Part shown: piece by piece, positions 44,938 through 58,123 of the stretch | Numbering within the stretch: the first letter of the stretch is position 1 | How the letters are laid out: each line of letters opens with the position of its first letter | Assembly (NCBI GenBank): GCA_001443525.1 | Contig: LKPX01000006.1 | Location: 47 to 64,046, forward strand | Direction of reading: 5' to 3' | DNA length: 64,000 nucleotides | From: Desulfobacteraceae bacterium RAAP-1 | GTDB lineage: Bacteria; Desulfobacterota; Desulfobacteria; Desulfobacterales; Desulfatirhabdiaceae | Notes under the pieces: model-generated | Database searches by the model: none | What the model saw: only the letters and a program-made list of their open reading frames with translations | Told to the model about the DNA's origin: nothing | Made by a program: the position numbers and the translations under genes

Positions 44938-45877
44938 CAGAAGGTATCTGGCATCCTTTGAGATATTTCAGGAATTCGGATCCGGTTGACAGTATCACTG
45001 TACTTTGTTTTCCTAAGGTTTCGCCATATACCTCAAGAGACTTGGTAAACGAATAAAATTCAGGATCAACGCCATATGCCTGTGCATACAGTTTTGTGGC
45101 TTCGGCATCGGCCTTGCCCTTGACTTCCTGGGCGGTTCGGTATGCTTCTGAAGAGATACGCTTCAAATCCCTTTCCTTATCACCCAATATTCGTGCAGCT
45201 TCCCCCTGACCTTCAGATCGGTATTTCTCGGCAATTTGTTTACGCTCCGCAATCATTCGACCATAAACGGACTCCCTGACCTGTTCGACATAATTGATGC
45301 GCTTGATTTTGACATCCACCAGTTCAATGCCAAAGGGTGACAGCTTGGGCTGAGCCTGCTCCAGAATCGCTTGCGTAATTTTGTCTCTACCGGTAGTGAT
45401 CTGCGGTATCGGCTCTTTTTTAATATCTTCCAGCCCGATTTCAAAAGTATCCAGCGCTCTGTTGGAACGCCTGACCGATTCGATAAGACGATAGGAAGTG
45501 ATCAGGTTTCGGGTAGCCGGATCGATGATATCGTCCAGACGGCCCTGAGCACTGACAGTGTTATTGACCGTCTGGAAAAACTTGACGGGATCCACAATTT
45601 TCCAGCGGGCAAAAACGTCCACCCACAGATAAGTCTTGTCCAACGTCGGAATCTGCCCGGGATCTCCATCCCATTGAAGGAGATTTTTAGGAAAATATGT
45701 GGCATCCTGGATCAGGGGAATCTTGAAATACAATCCCGGCGACTGTTTAGGCGCACCCACTACGCGACCGAATTGGGTAATGACGACCTGTTCAGTTTCA
45801 TCAACGACATAGGCCGACGAGTACAGCAGAAAAATGGCAACGATGCCTATCACAAGTGACACGACTTTATAATTCAT
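44918..45877 (-). CDS. hflC: Protease modulator HflC (SPFH/band 7)
   Basis: N-terminal TM, then YVVDETEQVVITQFGRVVG...GLYFKIPLIQ. It overlaps hflK by 4 nt. Confidence 0.88.
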   Translation of the reverse strand: MNYKVVSLVIGIVAIFLLYSSAYVVDETEQVVITQFGRVVGAPKQSPGLYFKIPLIQDATYFPKNLLQWDGDPGQIPTLDKTYLWVDVFARWKIVDPVKFFQTVNNTVSAQGRLDDIIDPATRNLITSYRLIESVRRSNRALDTFEIGLEDIKKEPIPQITTGRDKITQAILEQAQPKLSPFGIELVDVKIKRINYVEQVRESVYGRMIAERKQIAEKYRSEGQGEAARILGDKERDLKRISSEAYRTAQEVKGKADAEATKLYAQAYGVDPEFYSFTKSLEVYGETLGKQSTVILSTGSEFLKYLKGCQIPSVTAAAK

Positions 45878-46911
45878 TTCGAAGCTCCAGCGTTTTTCCC
45901 GATATTCAGAAAAGGAAGAACATTATTCAGGTCTGAATCAACTACATATTTTTCGCCGATTTTTGGAAAAATACCCGAGACCATTTCAAGATAAAGGCGA
46001 CGTCTGGTAACGTCCTTCGCTTTTTCATATTCATTGCACAGAGCGGTAAATCGGCTGGCATCTCCCTTGGCTCGGTTGATGCGGTCAATCGCGTAGCCTT
46101 CCGCTGTCTTAATCGTCCGGTCCGCTTCCCCGCGTGCGGCCGGAATAGCCTTGTTGTATTCTTCTTTGGCTTGATAAATCAGCTTTTCTTTTTCCTGAAC
46201 CGCCTGATTGACTTCATTGAACGATGCCTGAACGGGCTCCGGAACGTTGGTCTTCTTCATCTCGATCGTAACGATACTCAGGCCGGACTCCGCATTATCC
46301 AGTTCTTTCTGAAGAATGTTTTTAGCTTCTACAGCTATTTCCTCCCGCTTGCTGATGACCTCATTGACGCTGCGATCGCCGACAACCAGAATCATGGCCG
46401 CCTCGGACATGTCTGTAAGCAGCCGTCGGACATCCTTGACCTTGAACAGGTAGTCATAAGGGTCCTTGATGCGGTATTGAACGATCCACGGCGCCAGCAC
46501 AACATTCAGATCTCCGGTAAGCATCATCGCGACATTGGCGTCTTCATTGGTGGAGGAAGAAAAACGCTTGCTATCGGTCTCGCGGGTGGTACTGAATCCG
46601 AACTCTTCCTTATAAACACGCCGGACCTTGACCTTGGTGACTTTTTCAATTCCGACAGGCAATTTAAAATTCAGCCCCGGCTGGGTGGTACGCACATATT
46701 TACCGAAACGTTGAACCACTCCCACTTCATCCACCCCGACAGTATAGACAGTGGACGTTCCCAAAAGCACCAACAGGAGTATTATCACCAAAACAGGGCC
46801 GCCTGGAAGCTTGACCGACTTCAGTTTACTGGTCAGCTCATCCAGTTGCGGCAGACCGGAACCGCTCCTGCCCTGCTGCTGCTCTTTCAGTTTTTCCCAA
46901 TCCCAGCTCAT
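45874..46911 (-). CDS. hflK: Protease modulator HflK (SPFH/band 7)
   Basis: TVYTVGVDEVGVVQRFGKYVRTTQPGLNFKLPVGIE, and a C-terminal coiled coil. Confidence 0.88.
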   Translation of the reverse strand: MSWDWEKLKEQQQGRSGSGLPQLDELTSKLKSVKLPGGPVLVIILLLVLLGTSTVYTVGVDEVGVVQRFGKYVRTTQPGLNFKLPVGIEKVTKVKVRRVYKEEFGFSTTRETDSKRFSSSTNEDANVAMMLTGDLNVVLAPWIVQYRIKDPYDYLFKVKDVRRLLTDMSEAAMILVVGDRSVNEVISKREEIAVEAKNILQKELDNAESGLSIVTIEMKKTNVPEPVQASFNEVNQAVQEKEKLIYQAKEEYNKAIPAARGEADRTIKTAEGYAIDRINRAKGDASRFTALCNEYEKAKDVTRRRLYLEMVSGIFPKIGEKYVVDSDLNNVLPFLNIGKNAGASK

Positions 46912-46948
46912 AACGAATTCCCAACTGTTAAAAAACGTTTATTAAATT

Positions 46949-46963
46949 GACGGCTTCATAAAA
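46949..46963. repeat. Solo end (GACGGCTTCATAAAA, 1 mismatch) of the palindromic element family
   Basis: 14 of 15 nt match the element terminus. It lies in an intergenic region. Confidence 0.45.
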
Positions 46964-47004
46964 AATCCACATGACGGCGTCTGCACCGCAACAGCACAGG
47001 AACA

Positions 47005-47424
47005 TCATGGAGTTTTTTTCATGCGATCCAATTGCATCCACCCATCGGCGGCAGCTGCCTGCTGTTCATGCCCGGCGGCCTTCATCCGGGATTTTTCCAT
47101 GTATTGATACGCGGTTTTAAAATCGCCCAGCCGGCCATAAGCAAGCCCTAACCCCATATAGGCGGGAGAATATTCGGAGTTCAGATCAATAGCCCGGTTG
47201 AATTCAAGCATTGCCGTATCTATCTTATTCATATTCAGAAACTGCATACCATTTTGTACGTGGCGGGAAGGCGTGTCCAGCACAATTTTTTGATAGAGGC
47301 TTACAGAACCGCACGCTGATACCAGCATCAGGGCAAAAACAAGACATACGGATTGTCTGGCAATCGAACAATATTTCCCGGATGCCGTTACTGTAATTAC
47401 ATGATAATCGCGCATGACCGTCAA
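47005..47424 (-). CDS. TPR-repeat lipoprotein
   Basis: Lipobox LVSAC. TPR-like AMLEFNRAIDLNSEYSPAYMGLGLAYGRLGDFKTAYQYMEKS. Confidence 0.65.
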   Translation of the reverse strand: MTVMRDYHVITVTASGKYCSIARQSVCLVFALMLVSACGSVSLYQKIVLDTPSRHVQNGMQFLNMNKIDTAMLEFNRAIDLNSEYSPAYMGLGLAYGRLGDFKTAYQYMEKSRMKAAGHEQQAAAADGWMQLDRMKKTP

Positions 47425-47530
47425 ATTTGTATCACATGGATAGTGGCTTTGTAAATTGCCTTATGAAAAGTATGACGCCTGTACCGACACTGCCATCTTA
47501 TAGTGTAAGGACAGGGGGATGTCAATATCT

Positions 47531-48388
47531 CTAAACACGACTGCCACTCCATCTGAGCTTGGCTTTCACAATATCGAAATACCGCTGCTCCGGAATTTTG
47601 ATCATCTGGACGGGATATTGGCTTTTCTGGATTATCAGCGTGTCCGTATCATGCAGTTCCATACATGACTGACCATCGAATGTCACCAGAATGTCGGAAG
47701 ATTTCTTTTCAAGGGCAATACGGATCTCTACAGAATCCGGTATGATCAGCGGACGAATGGTCAAGGTAAACGGACAGATCGGTGTCAGGATAATGCCGGG
47801 AACGGCGGGATGCACGATGGGGCCACCGGCAGCCAGACAATAGGCGGTGGACCCGGTAGGCGTGGCAATAATCAGGCCATCAGCCCGATAGGTTGTCAGA
47901 TAATGATTGTCCAGAAATGTTGTGATGTTGGCCAGACGGGCCAATGCTTTTTTGTTGACGACGACATCATTTAAAACCGTTTCGGAAAAAACAGCCCGTT
48001 CCCCGCGGACAACACTGGCAACCAGCCTCATCCGCTGCTGGGTCTTTATCTCGTTGTGGATAATAGCATTGACTGCAACGAAGAGGTTGTCTTCAGATGT
48101 CTCCGCCAGAAAGCCGACTTCTCCGAATTTGATACCCAGAATCGGTATGGGGATATTGCCAATCCATCGCACCGCGCTCAAGAAAGTACCATCACCTCCC
48201 AGGACCAGCACGCAGAACAAGTCATCTGGCGCATGGGATGTTTCCGGATCACCAGCCGACGGCGTCTGAGACATATTTTCTTTTCGAAGAACATGTATCT
48301 GCTGAGACATCAGCCAGTTTTCAAGTTCATTGGCTTTCTGGATGGCGCGTGGATCATTTTTCACAACCAGTCCGATGCGTTTCATCAT
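47531..48388 (-). CDS. nadK: NAD+ kinase
   Basis: VLGGDGTFL, YRADGLIIATPTGSTAY. The start was moved to MMKRIGLVV (48388). Confidence 0.9.
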   Translation of the reverse strand: MMKRIGLVVKNDPRAIQKANELENWLMSQQIHVLRKENMSQTPSAGDPETSHAPDDLFCVLVLGGDGTFLSAVRWIGNIPIPILGIKFGEVGFLAETSEDNLFVAVNAIIHNEIKTQQRMRLVASVVRGERAVFSETVLNDVVVNKKALARLANITTFLDNHYLTTYRADGLIIATPTGSTAYCLAAGGPIVHPAVPGIILTPICPFTLTIRPLIIPDSVEIRIALEKKSSDILVTFDGQSCMELHDTDTLIIQKSQYPVQMIKIPEQRYFDIVKAKLRWSGSRV

Positions 48389-48687
48389 GATCGATGCCCC
48401 CGTAAAAAGCACTTGCCGTTATTACCCCTCATCACAAAGCCATATCTTTGATATGGCAACTCTGGCGTTTTTAATGATTTTCGGAATAAAAAGCAAATTC
48501 TTTTGTCTTGACTCGTTTATATGGATTTGATTATAGAACAACAGCTTTTCCGGATAATTTTAAGGGTATCGGAGAGTTGGCACGAGACGCATTCTCTGCC
48601 GCACCGGTTCCGACATAAAATTTATCCGGAAGTCCGGCAGGCTCTATGCTTGTATTCACACAAACATTTAATGGGGAGGATGCGGGT

Positions 48688-49821
48688 ATGAAAAAATTTC
48701 ACCTGAAGGGATTGAGCGTTGTCGCTGCGGTGTGTACATGGATTACCCTGAGTATCTCAGGAACCGGCCTGGCTGCGGATACGATAAAGCTGGGAGTCGC
48801 AGGAGCCCACAGCGGAGATTTGGCTTCTTACGGCCTGCCAATTCTTAAGGCAGCCAAACTAGTAGTGGAAGATGTCAACGCCAAAGGCGGTATTTTGGGA
48901 AAGCAGGTTGAAATAATTGCTGAAGACGATATGTGCAAACCCGAAATCGCGACCAATACGGCTACCAAACTGGTAAGTGATGGCGTAACTGTGGTGCTGG
49001 GTCATGTATGCAGCGGCGCCACCAAGGCTGCACTGGACATCTATAAGGACGCCAAAATTGTCACCATGTCTGCATCCGCGACAAGCCCGGATCTGACGCA
49101 GAGTGGTAAATATCCAAATTTTTTCAGGACGATAGCATCTGATGATGCTCAAGCAAAGCTTGAGGTCGATTTCGCGCTGAACACGCTGAAACTCAAAAAA
49201 ATCGCTGTCCTTCATGATAAAGGCGACTATGGGAAAGGGCTTGCCGAATATGCCAAGGGCTTCATCGAAAAATCCGGAAAAGGTGAAGTGGTGTTCTTTG
49301 AAGGCATCACCCCCGGAGCCGTCGATTATTCGGCTGTTGTCAACAAACTGAAAAGATCCGGAGCGCAGGCCATCATTTTTGGCGGATACCATCCCGAAGC
49401 GTCCAAGCTTGTTGCCCAGATGCGCAAAGACAAGATGAAAACAATATTCATTTCAGATGACGGCGTCAAGATTGACACCTTTATCAAACTCGCCGGCAAA
49501 TACGCCGAAGGCGTTTATGCTACGGGCCCCAAAGACACCAGCACCAATCCGATGGACAAGGCCGTGCGGGAAGCTTATAAAAAAGCTTACGGTGAAGATG
49601 TCGGCGTTTTTTCCATCAACGGATACGCTGCTGCTCAGGCATTGCTAAACGCCATTCAGAAAGCCGGTTCCACCAATTATGACGCTATCGTCAAGGCGCT
49701 CCGAACAGATTACGTAGAAACACCTCTGGGAAAAATCAAATTTGATGATCGCGGAGATGCTGTCGGCGTGGGTTTTTCTATGTATGAAGTCAAAAATGGC
49801 AAGTATGTCGAACTGAAATAA
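48688..49821 (+). CDS. livK: Branched-chain amino acid ABC substrate-binding protein
   Basis: GGGGAGG RBS and a signal peptide, then ADTIKLGVAGAHSGDLASYG...GHVCSGAT. The start was moved to 48688. Confidence 0.88.
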   Translation: MKKFHLKGLSVVAAVCTWITLSISGTGLAADTIKLGVAGAHSGDLASYGLPILKAAKLVVEDVNAKGGILGKQVEIIAEDDMCKPEIATNTATKLVSDGVTVVLGHVCSGATKAALDIYKDAKIVTMSASATSPDLTQSGKYPNFFRTIASDDAQAKLEVDFALNTLKLKKIAVLHDKGDYGKGLAEYAKGFIEKSGKGEVVFFEGITPGAVDYSAVVNKLKRSGAQAIIFGGYHPEASKLVAQMRKDKMKTIFISDDGVKIDTFIKLAGKYAEGVYATGPKDTSTNPMDKAVREAYKKAYGEDVGVFSINGYAAAQALLNAIQKAGSTNYDAIVKALRTDYVETPLGKIKFDDRGDAVGVGFSMYEVKNGKYVELK

Positions 49822-49825
49822 CATT

Positions 49826-49840
49826 GACGGCTTCGTAAAC
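49826..49840. repeat. Solo end (GACGGCTTCGTAAAC) of the palindromic element family
   Basis: 14 of 15 nt match. It lies 5 nt after the livK stop. Confidence 0.5.
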
Positions 49841-49884
49841 GGGCATGGCTTTGGGTGATATCGAATGGGAGTAACTTTGGCATA

Positions 49885-50787
49885 ATGGAATATTTCCTCG
49901 AACTTTTCATGGGCGGACTTACCCGCGGCAGTATCTATGCGCTCATTGCCCTGGGGTACACCATGGTATATGGAATTATCGAACTGATTAATTTCGCTCA
50001 TGGTGAAATATACATGATCGGTGCATTTACGGCGCTGATCACGGCCAGTGTCCTGGCAGTGATGGGGGTACACCAGTTTGCCATTATGGCCATCGCCATG
50101 CTGGCGGCCATTGTGTATTCATCGGCATACGGATTCACCGTTGAAAAAATTGCCTACAAACCCCTGCGCCATGCACCGCGACTTTCGCCGCTGATCAGCG
50201 CCATCGGTATGTCTATATTCCTTCAAAATTATGTACTGCTTGCCCAGACATCGGATTTTCTGCCGTTTCCCAGCCTGATACCGGACTTCAAGTTTCTGGA
50301 ACCTTATTCAAATTACTTGCGTCCCACAGAACTTGTTATTCTGCTAACCACCGCAGTGGTTATGGTTTTTCTGACACTGCTGATCAAATTCACCAAAATC
50401 GGCAAGGCCATGCGTGCAACCGCTCAGGATCGCACTATGGCCATGCTGCTTGGCGTGAATGTCAACCGGGTGATTTCCACTACGTTTGTGATCGGTTCCG
50501 CACTGGCCGCAATAGGTGGAGTGCTGATTGCGTCGCATATCGGCCAGATCAATTTCTTTATAGGGTTCATTGCCGGAATCAAAGCTTTTACGGCCGCCGT
50601 GCTGGGTGGCATCGGCAGCATTCCAGGCGCAGTCCTCGGAAGTTTTATCCTGGGATTGACAGAAAGCTTTGCCACCGGATATGTGTCCAGCGATTATGAA
50701 GACGTGTTTGCGTTTGCACTTCTGGTGCTGATCCTGATATTCAGACCCGGCGGTCTTCTGGGAAAATCCACCACGCAAAAGGTGTAG
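49885..50787 (+). CDS. livH: Branched-chain amino acid ABC permease LivH
   Basis: MEYFLELFMGGLTRGSIYALIALGYTMVYGIIELINFAHGEIYMIGAF. The start was moved to 49885. Confidence 0.9.
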   Translation: MEYFLELFMGGLTRGSIYALIALGYTMVYGIIELINFAHGEIYMIGAFTALITASVLAVMGVHQFAIMAIAMLAAIVYSSAYGFTVEKIAYKPLRHAPRLSPLISAIGMSIFLQNYVLLAQTSDFLPFPSLIPDFKFLEPYSNYLRPTELVILLTTAVVMVFLTLLIKFTKIGKAMRATAQDRTMAMLLGVNVNRVISTTFVIGSALAAIGGVLIASHIGQINFFIGFIAGIKAFTAAVLGGIGSIPGAVLGSFILGLTESFATGYVSSDYEDVFAFALLVLILIFRPGGLLGKSTTQKV

Positions 50788-50859
50788 CATTTTAAACCCG
50801 TTGCGTTTTCCTCTGGCAGTCGAGGTGACCTCAACGCATTAAACGGCATGTGAAAGCGT

Positions 50860-52071
50860 ATGATGACTTTTACTGAAATCAAAAAATCATTCCTGACGTC
50901 ACTGTGGTTCATGTTTCTGACATTTCCGATCATGGTGATCCGGGTCAATACCATCGAAAAGCAGGTGATCTGGCGATGGGAGAACATGTGGTATGTGGGC
51001 ATCGGCAGTTTTTTGCTGTCTTTTGTGTGGCGTTATTTTCTCCGACGCAAGGAAAGAGGAAACAATCACGCCAATGAACACATCGCAAATATGTCGTCCT
51101 CAATACAGCGCATATTTTCACGCCGTCGTTATAAAATTCCCGCCATGGTCGCCGCTGCCATGACAGTTGCCGTTTTTCCCTTTGTCATGAATTCCTATCA
51201 AACCAACATCATGATTACGGCGCTCATGTATGTCATGCTTGGACTTGGCCTGAATATCGTCGTGGGGCTTGCAGGGCTTCTGGACCTGGGATATGTCGCT
51301 TTTTATGCGGTAGGCGCCTACACATATGGATTACTGAACCACCATTTTGGAATCGGTTTCTGGACGGTTCTGCCGCTGGGCGGCGCTTTGGGCGCGCTAT
51401 TCGGCGTATTGTTAGGTTTTCCGGTGCTGCGTCTTCGAGGAGATTATCTGGCTATCGTTACATTGGGTTTTGGTGAAATTATCCGGCTGATTCTTGAAAA
51501 CTGGAACGAATTTTCATATGGCCCCAGCGGTATCGCTCATATATCCAAGCCCTCCCTGTTTGGAATCAAACTATCGTTTTCCGGTGAAATCACCTACATG
51601 TATTTTTTGATGATAGGCATGGTCTGCTTCACCATTTTCGTCGTCAACCGCCTTCAGAACTCCCGAATTGGCCGGGCCTGGATCGCTTTAAGGGAAGATG
51701 AAGTAGCATGTCAGGCCATGGGAATTGATAAAACCCGGACGAAATTGACGGCATTTGCACTGGGCGCTACATGGGCAGGCATGGCAGGAGTTATTTTCGC
51801 CGCCAAAACCACGTTTATCAACCCCGCCAGTTTTACCTTTATGGAATCCGCCATGATATTATCCATCGTTGTTCTGGGAGGCATGGGGTCTATTCCGGGA
51901 GTTATCATCGCTGCTTTGTTTTTGATTTTACTTCCTGAATATCTCAGAGCGTTTTCCGATTACAGGATGCTGCTGTTCGGAGCCATCATGGTGATTATGA
52001 TGGTCTTTCGTCCGCAGGGGATCATCGCCACTGTCCGCCGGAACTATAACTTTAAAAAGGCGGAAAACTGA
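50860..52071 (+). CDS. livM: Branched-chain amino acid ABC permease LivM (with an N-terminal TM extension)
   Basis: GLNIVVGLAGLLDLGYVAFYAVGAY...GPSGIA. Confidence 0.88.
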   Translation: MMTFTEIKKSFLTSLWFMFLTFPIMVIRVNTIEKQVIWRWENMWYVGIGSFLLSFVWRYFLRRKERGNNHANEHIANMSSSIQRIFSRRRYKIPAMVAAAMTVAVFPFVMNSYQTNIMITALMYVMLGLGLNIVVGLAGLLDLGYVAFYAVGAYTYGLLNHHFGIGFWTVLPLGGALGALFGVLLGFPVLRLRGDYLAIVTLGFGEIIRLILENWNEFSYGPSGIAHISKPSLFGIKLSFSGEITYMYFLMIGMVCFTIFVVNRLQNSRIGRAWIALREDEVACQAMGIDKTRTKLTAFALGATWAGMAGVIFAAKTTFINPASFTFMESAMILSIVVLGGMGSIPGVIIAALFLILLPEYLRAFSDYRMLLFGAIMVIMMVFRPQGIIATVRRNYNFKKAEN

Positions 52072-52870
52072 ATGGCAGATCCCCTACTGAATGTACAAAA
52101 CCTGACCATGGATTTCGGCGGTCTCAGGGCGCTGGATCATGTGAACATCGATATCCAGCAAAACGAGATCATTGCATTAATCGGTCCTAACGGCGCTGGA
52201 AAGACCACTTTTTTTAATTGCATCACCGGTATTTATACACCTACAGGCGGCGATATCCTTATCACCGCACCGCTACGCTCCGGTGCTGCCTCTAAAACCG
52301 AGCGTATCAACGGCCTCAAGCCAAATCAGGTAACGGAAAAAGGAATGGCCCGCACGTTTCAGAATATCCGTCTGTTTCCTAATATGACGGTATTGGAAAA
52401 TGTCATGATCGGCAGACATTGCCGCACCCGTTCGGGTATTCTCGGCGCCGTGCTTCGCAACCACACCATGGTGAGAGAGGAACAGGCGGTTGTGGATGCC
52501 AGCTATCAAATTCTTGAAAAAATCGGGCTTTCCAGATTTGTCAATGATCTGGCCAAAAATCTGCCATACGGCGCCCAGCGACGGCTTGAAATCGCCAGAG
52601 CCCTGGCAACAGAACCGTTTTTACTGCTTCTGGATGAACCCGCCGCGGGGATGAATCCCCACGAAACACTCGAACTGGATACATTGATCACCCGAATACG
52701 CAACGAAGAAAAGGTTTCGATTTTATTGATCGAACACGACATGAAACTGGTAATGAGCCTGTCGGATCGCATCTTTGTCATGGATTACGGGAAGAAAATC
52801 GCTCAAGGAACTCCGGAAGAAATCCGAAACAATCCAATGGTGATTAAGGCATATCTGGGGGAAGAATGCG

Positions 52871-52884
<14 letters not shown>
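52072..52884 (+). CDS. livG: Branched-chain amino acid ABC ATPase LivG
   Basis: Walker A GPNGAGKTTFFN, signature-region context and LLLLDEPAAGMNP. Confidence 0.9.
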
Positions 52885-55665
<2,781 letters not shown>

Positions 55666-55674
55666 GGATTTTTT

Positions 55675-55959
55675 ATGCTGACACAACAGGTCAGAGCCCG
55701 AGTCGTTATCCGTGGAAAGGTTCAAGGAGTGTTTTTCAGGGCGGAAACACAGCATGAAGCGCTGCGCTGCGGGATTTATGGATGGGTCAAAAATCGCAGG
55801 GACGGAACGGTTGAAGCGGTATTCGAAGGCGATGAAACAGCCGTCAACACCATGCTCACATGGTGCTGGAAAGGCTCGCCACATTCAAGAGTGGAACAGG
55901 TGGATATCCAATGGGAACCCTGTACCGGAGAATTCAGACGCTTCGATATTCTATATTGA
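55675..55959 (+). CDS. acyP: Acylphosphatase
   Basis: VIRGKVQGVFFRAETQHEALRCGIYGWVKNRRDGTVEAVFEG. Confidence 0.88.
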   Translation: MLTQQVRARVVIRGKVQGVFFRAETQHEALRCGIYGWVKNRRDGTVEAVFEGDETAVNTMLTWCWKGSPHSRVEQVDIQWEPCTGEFRRFDILY

Positions 55960-55974
55960 GTTGGAAAACATTTT

Positions 55975-56039
55975 CATTTGCTGCGGGCGCGCGCTGAGGG
56001 GGTGCAGGAAATATTTACGTAGAAGACCCGCAGCAAATG
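55975..56039. terminator. 13-bp inverted repeat with a long loop between convergent acyP and hup (possible bidirectional terminator)
   Basis: CATTTGCTGCGGG (55975-55987) pairs with CCCGCAGCAAATG (56027-56039). No clear U-tract follows. Confidence 0.35.
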
Positions 56040-56047
56040 TTACAGTG

Positions 56048-56323
56048 TCATACGCCTTCTTTAAGCTTTTTGCCGGGGCGGAATTTAATAATACTGCTGG
56101 CCTTGATCTTGATGGCCTCTCCGGTACGGGGGTTTCTGCCTTTTCTGGCTTTACGTTTGGTTTTCAAAAATGTTCCGAACCCTACCAGCGTCACTTTCCC
56201 ATCTTTTTTCTTGAGTGCTTTACCAATACCGTCCATGAAGGAATTTAATGCGGCCGTTGCCGCTACTTTGGTAATACCGGCATCCTGAACCATTTTATCC
56301 ACCAATTCTGTCTTTGTCATCAC
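56048..56323 (-). CDS. hup: Nucleoid protein HU (DNA-binding protein HU/IHF family)
   Basis: MTKTELVDKMV...VTLVGFGTFLKTKRKARKGRNPRTGEAIKIKASSIIKFRPGKKLK. Confidence 0.93.
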   Translation of the reverse strand: MMTKTELVDKMVQDAGITKVAATAALNSFMDGIGKALKKKDGKVTLVGFGTFLKTKRKARKGRNPRTGEAIKIKASSIIKFRPGKKLKEGV

Positions 56324-56462
56324 ATGCCCCTTTGTTCATAATGTTATGTGCACCTAAACTCCTAACCCCGACATTTCTGAAAAAATACAGAACACTGCAT
56401 GAGATGTCAACAGTAAATCAACATTTATCAAGAGGTTGTGCTGTTCCCCCGCCTTCAGATTT

Positions 56463-56484
56463 GACGGCTTCGTAAAAAGTCGTC
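56463..56484. repeat. Left-end fragment of the palindromic element family (GACGGCTTCGTAAAAAGTCGTC)
   Basis: The first 19 nt are identical to the left end of copy 2. Confidence 0.55.
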
Positions 56485-56522
56485 GGTTTTTCAGGCTCAA
56501 AATCTTTTATTCGGCAGAACTG

Positions 56523-57497
56523 TCATTTGGTTTTGACAACATCGCCTATCTGGAATTTCTCTCCGGAAACAGCAACGGCTTTCGATTGATCTGCAGTCAC
56601 ATCCGTAATTCTGATGCTGCCGATCTTTTTTCCTGGAAGCTGAAAAGTCTGCCGTTCTGCGCCCTGAATGGTCTGCCCCTGCCCAAAAACCTGAAGCACC
56701 CTGCCGGTTTTGAGCCCGGAATTGCTTCCAGCCGAAATGGTGATAGAATCTTCAGAAATGCCAGTGATATATCCCTTCCATGGTTGCCGGATAACCGTAT
56801 CACATACGGCATCCGCCAGATTCTGAAGAATTTCCGACACTGCATTTTCGATTTCGGGAACAGAGCTGATATCTCCCTTGCGAATTGCTTCCGCCTGCTC
56901 ATCGCTCAAACGGAATTCACGGGTATAGGTCTCATCCAGAGACTTTGCGCCGGTTTCAACATCATAAATTTCTGTAGATGCGCTGACCCAGGCTATTTCA
57001 CGTTTTTTCCGGAACCAGAAAAATCCCCTGTCCTGAAGATTGATAGCAATGGGATAAAAGCGGCTGCAGACAATAGCGGACAATCCCAATTCTTTTCCGA
57101 TTTTAATCAATGTCGGTGTGTCGGTGATGCCTGTTATTTTTTTGGGAAGATGCTGCAGCATATCAGGAAATCCAGGATCGCCGCGCTGCACCATATGAAG
57201 TTCAGGACAGGCTGCCGCCAAAACCTCCGGATAGCGTTTGTCTATCGAGCCCCCCATATCCTGCTTTGCCGTTATCACCTGGTTATCCAGAGGAATCACA
57301 CCAATCCACTTTGTCAGATCGGTATCCGGCGCCTTGAAATTCCGGATCATTTTATCCGTGGAGCGAATCATTTTGTCCGTAGACTGAGTCAGGCTCCTGT
57401 AAGCGCTGCATCCGTACAAACACCCGATTGCACCCCACAAACCGATTGCAAACACGGCAAGCCGCCACATTCGGTAAAATGATTTTTGAATCATCAT
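56523..57497 (-). CDS. Lipoprotein of unknown function
   Basis: Signal plus lipobox LYGC. Its ATG overlaps the queF stop (ATGA). The composition is protein-like, unlike the antisense ORF 56436-57482. It contains the duplicated heptapeptide STDKMIR. Confidence 0.65.
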   Translation of the reverse strand: MMIQKSFYRMWRLAVFAIGLWGAIGCLYGCSAYRSLTQSTDKMIRSTDKMIRNFKAPDTDLTKWIGVIPLDNQVITAKQDMGGSIDKRYPEVLAAACPELHMVQRGDPGFPDMLQHLPKKITGITDTPTLIKIGKELGLSAIVCSRFYPIAINLQDRGFFWFRKKREIAWVSASTEIYDVETGAKSLDETYTREFRLSDEQAEAIRKGDISSVPEIENAVSEILQNLADAVCDTVIRQPWKGYITGISEDSITISAGSNSGLKTGRVLQVFGQGQTIQGAERQTFQLPGKKIGSIRITDVTADQSKAVAVSGEKFQIGDVVKTK

Positions 57498-57901
57498 ATG
57501 GCTCTCTCATAAACGGCTGTCACACGGGTTGTAATACCGCCCCGGGCTGTAAAATCTCCGGTAACGGACATCTGTTTAGGTTTCAATACCTGCACCAGAT
57601 CATCGAGTATCCGGTTGACGATATGTTCATAGAAAATACCGACATTCCGATACTGAAGCAGATAATATTTCAATGACTTCAGTTCGATAATTTTAATGTC
57701 CGGATGATAGATGATGGTGATACAACCGATATCCGGCAAACCGGTCATGGGACATAGCGATGTATATTCCGGCTGGGATATGGTGATTTCGATATCACGA
57801 CGATTGCAATACTGGTAATCGATCGGCTCCAGAACATCTGTCGTAATGGTATCTGGAGACGCCGGCGTATATGCAGGCTTCATACTTGAGAATTTGGACA
57901 T
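57494..57901 (-). CDS. queF: NADPH-dependent 7-cyano-7-deazaguanine (preQ0) reductase
   Basis: EYTSLCPMTGLPDIGCITIIYHPD...IELKSLKYYLLQYRNVGIFYEH is the QueF motif. Confidence 0.9.
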   Translation of the reverse strand: MSKFSSMKPAYTPASPDTITTDVLEPIDYQYCNRRDIEITISQPEYTSLCPMTGLPDIGCITIIYHPDIKIIELKSLKYYLLQYRNVGIFYEHIVNRILDDLVQVLKPKQMSVTGDFTARGGITTRVTAVYERAI

Positions 57902-58123
57902 AGAGCAAGTTTCCTTGAATTTCTTTTGGATTGGTTCGGAACATCACATATTGGCGTCAATGTAAAGCCATCAGATTTTTTAAACAACCACAATCTTATG
58001 ATTTTATACGCATATCAAATATCAAAATCAATATTTATATTCGGGCCGTCTCTTGTCGCGTAAAATCAGGAATGCGACAGCCGGATATTTTTAAAAGTTT
58101 TTTTAACTGATGAATTAATTATG

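Noticed and set aside
48578-48593. TGGCAC motif upstream of livK as a possible sigma54 promoter
   Set aside because: The downstream GC element lies 2 nt too close (TGGCACGAGACGCA) and does not fit the GG-N10-GC spacing.
56436-57482. 348-aa plus-strand ORF opposite the lipoprotein gene
   Set aside because: It has a C/R/F-rich composition, and its start lies inside an element fragment. The minus-strand ORF has a lipoprotein signal and a coupled ATGA start with queF.
57902-58100. Possible preQ1 riboswitch upstream of queF
   Set aside because: Reading the minus strand, I could not find the P1 hairpin plus the conserved A-rich ACUA tail. Only a generic A-run (GTTTAAAAAATC) is present.
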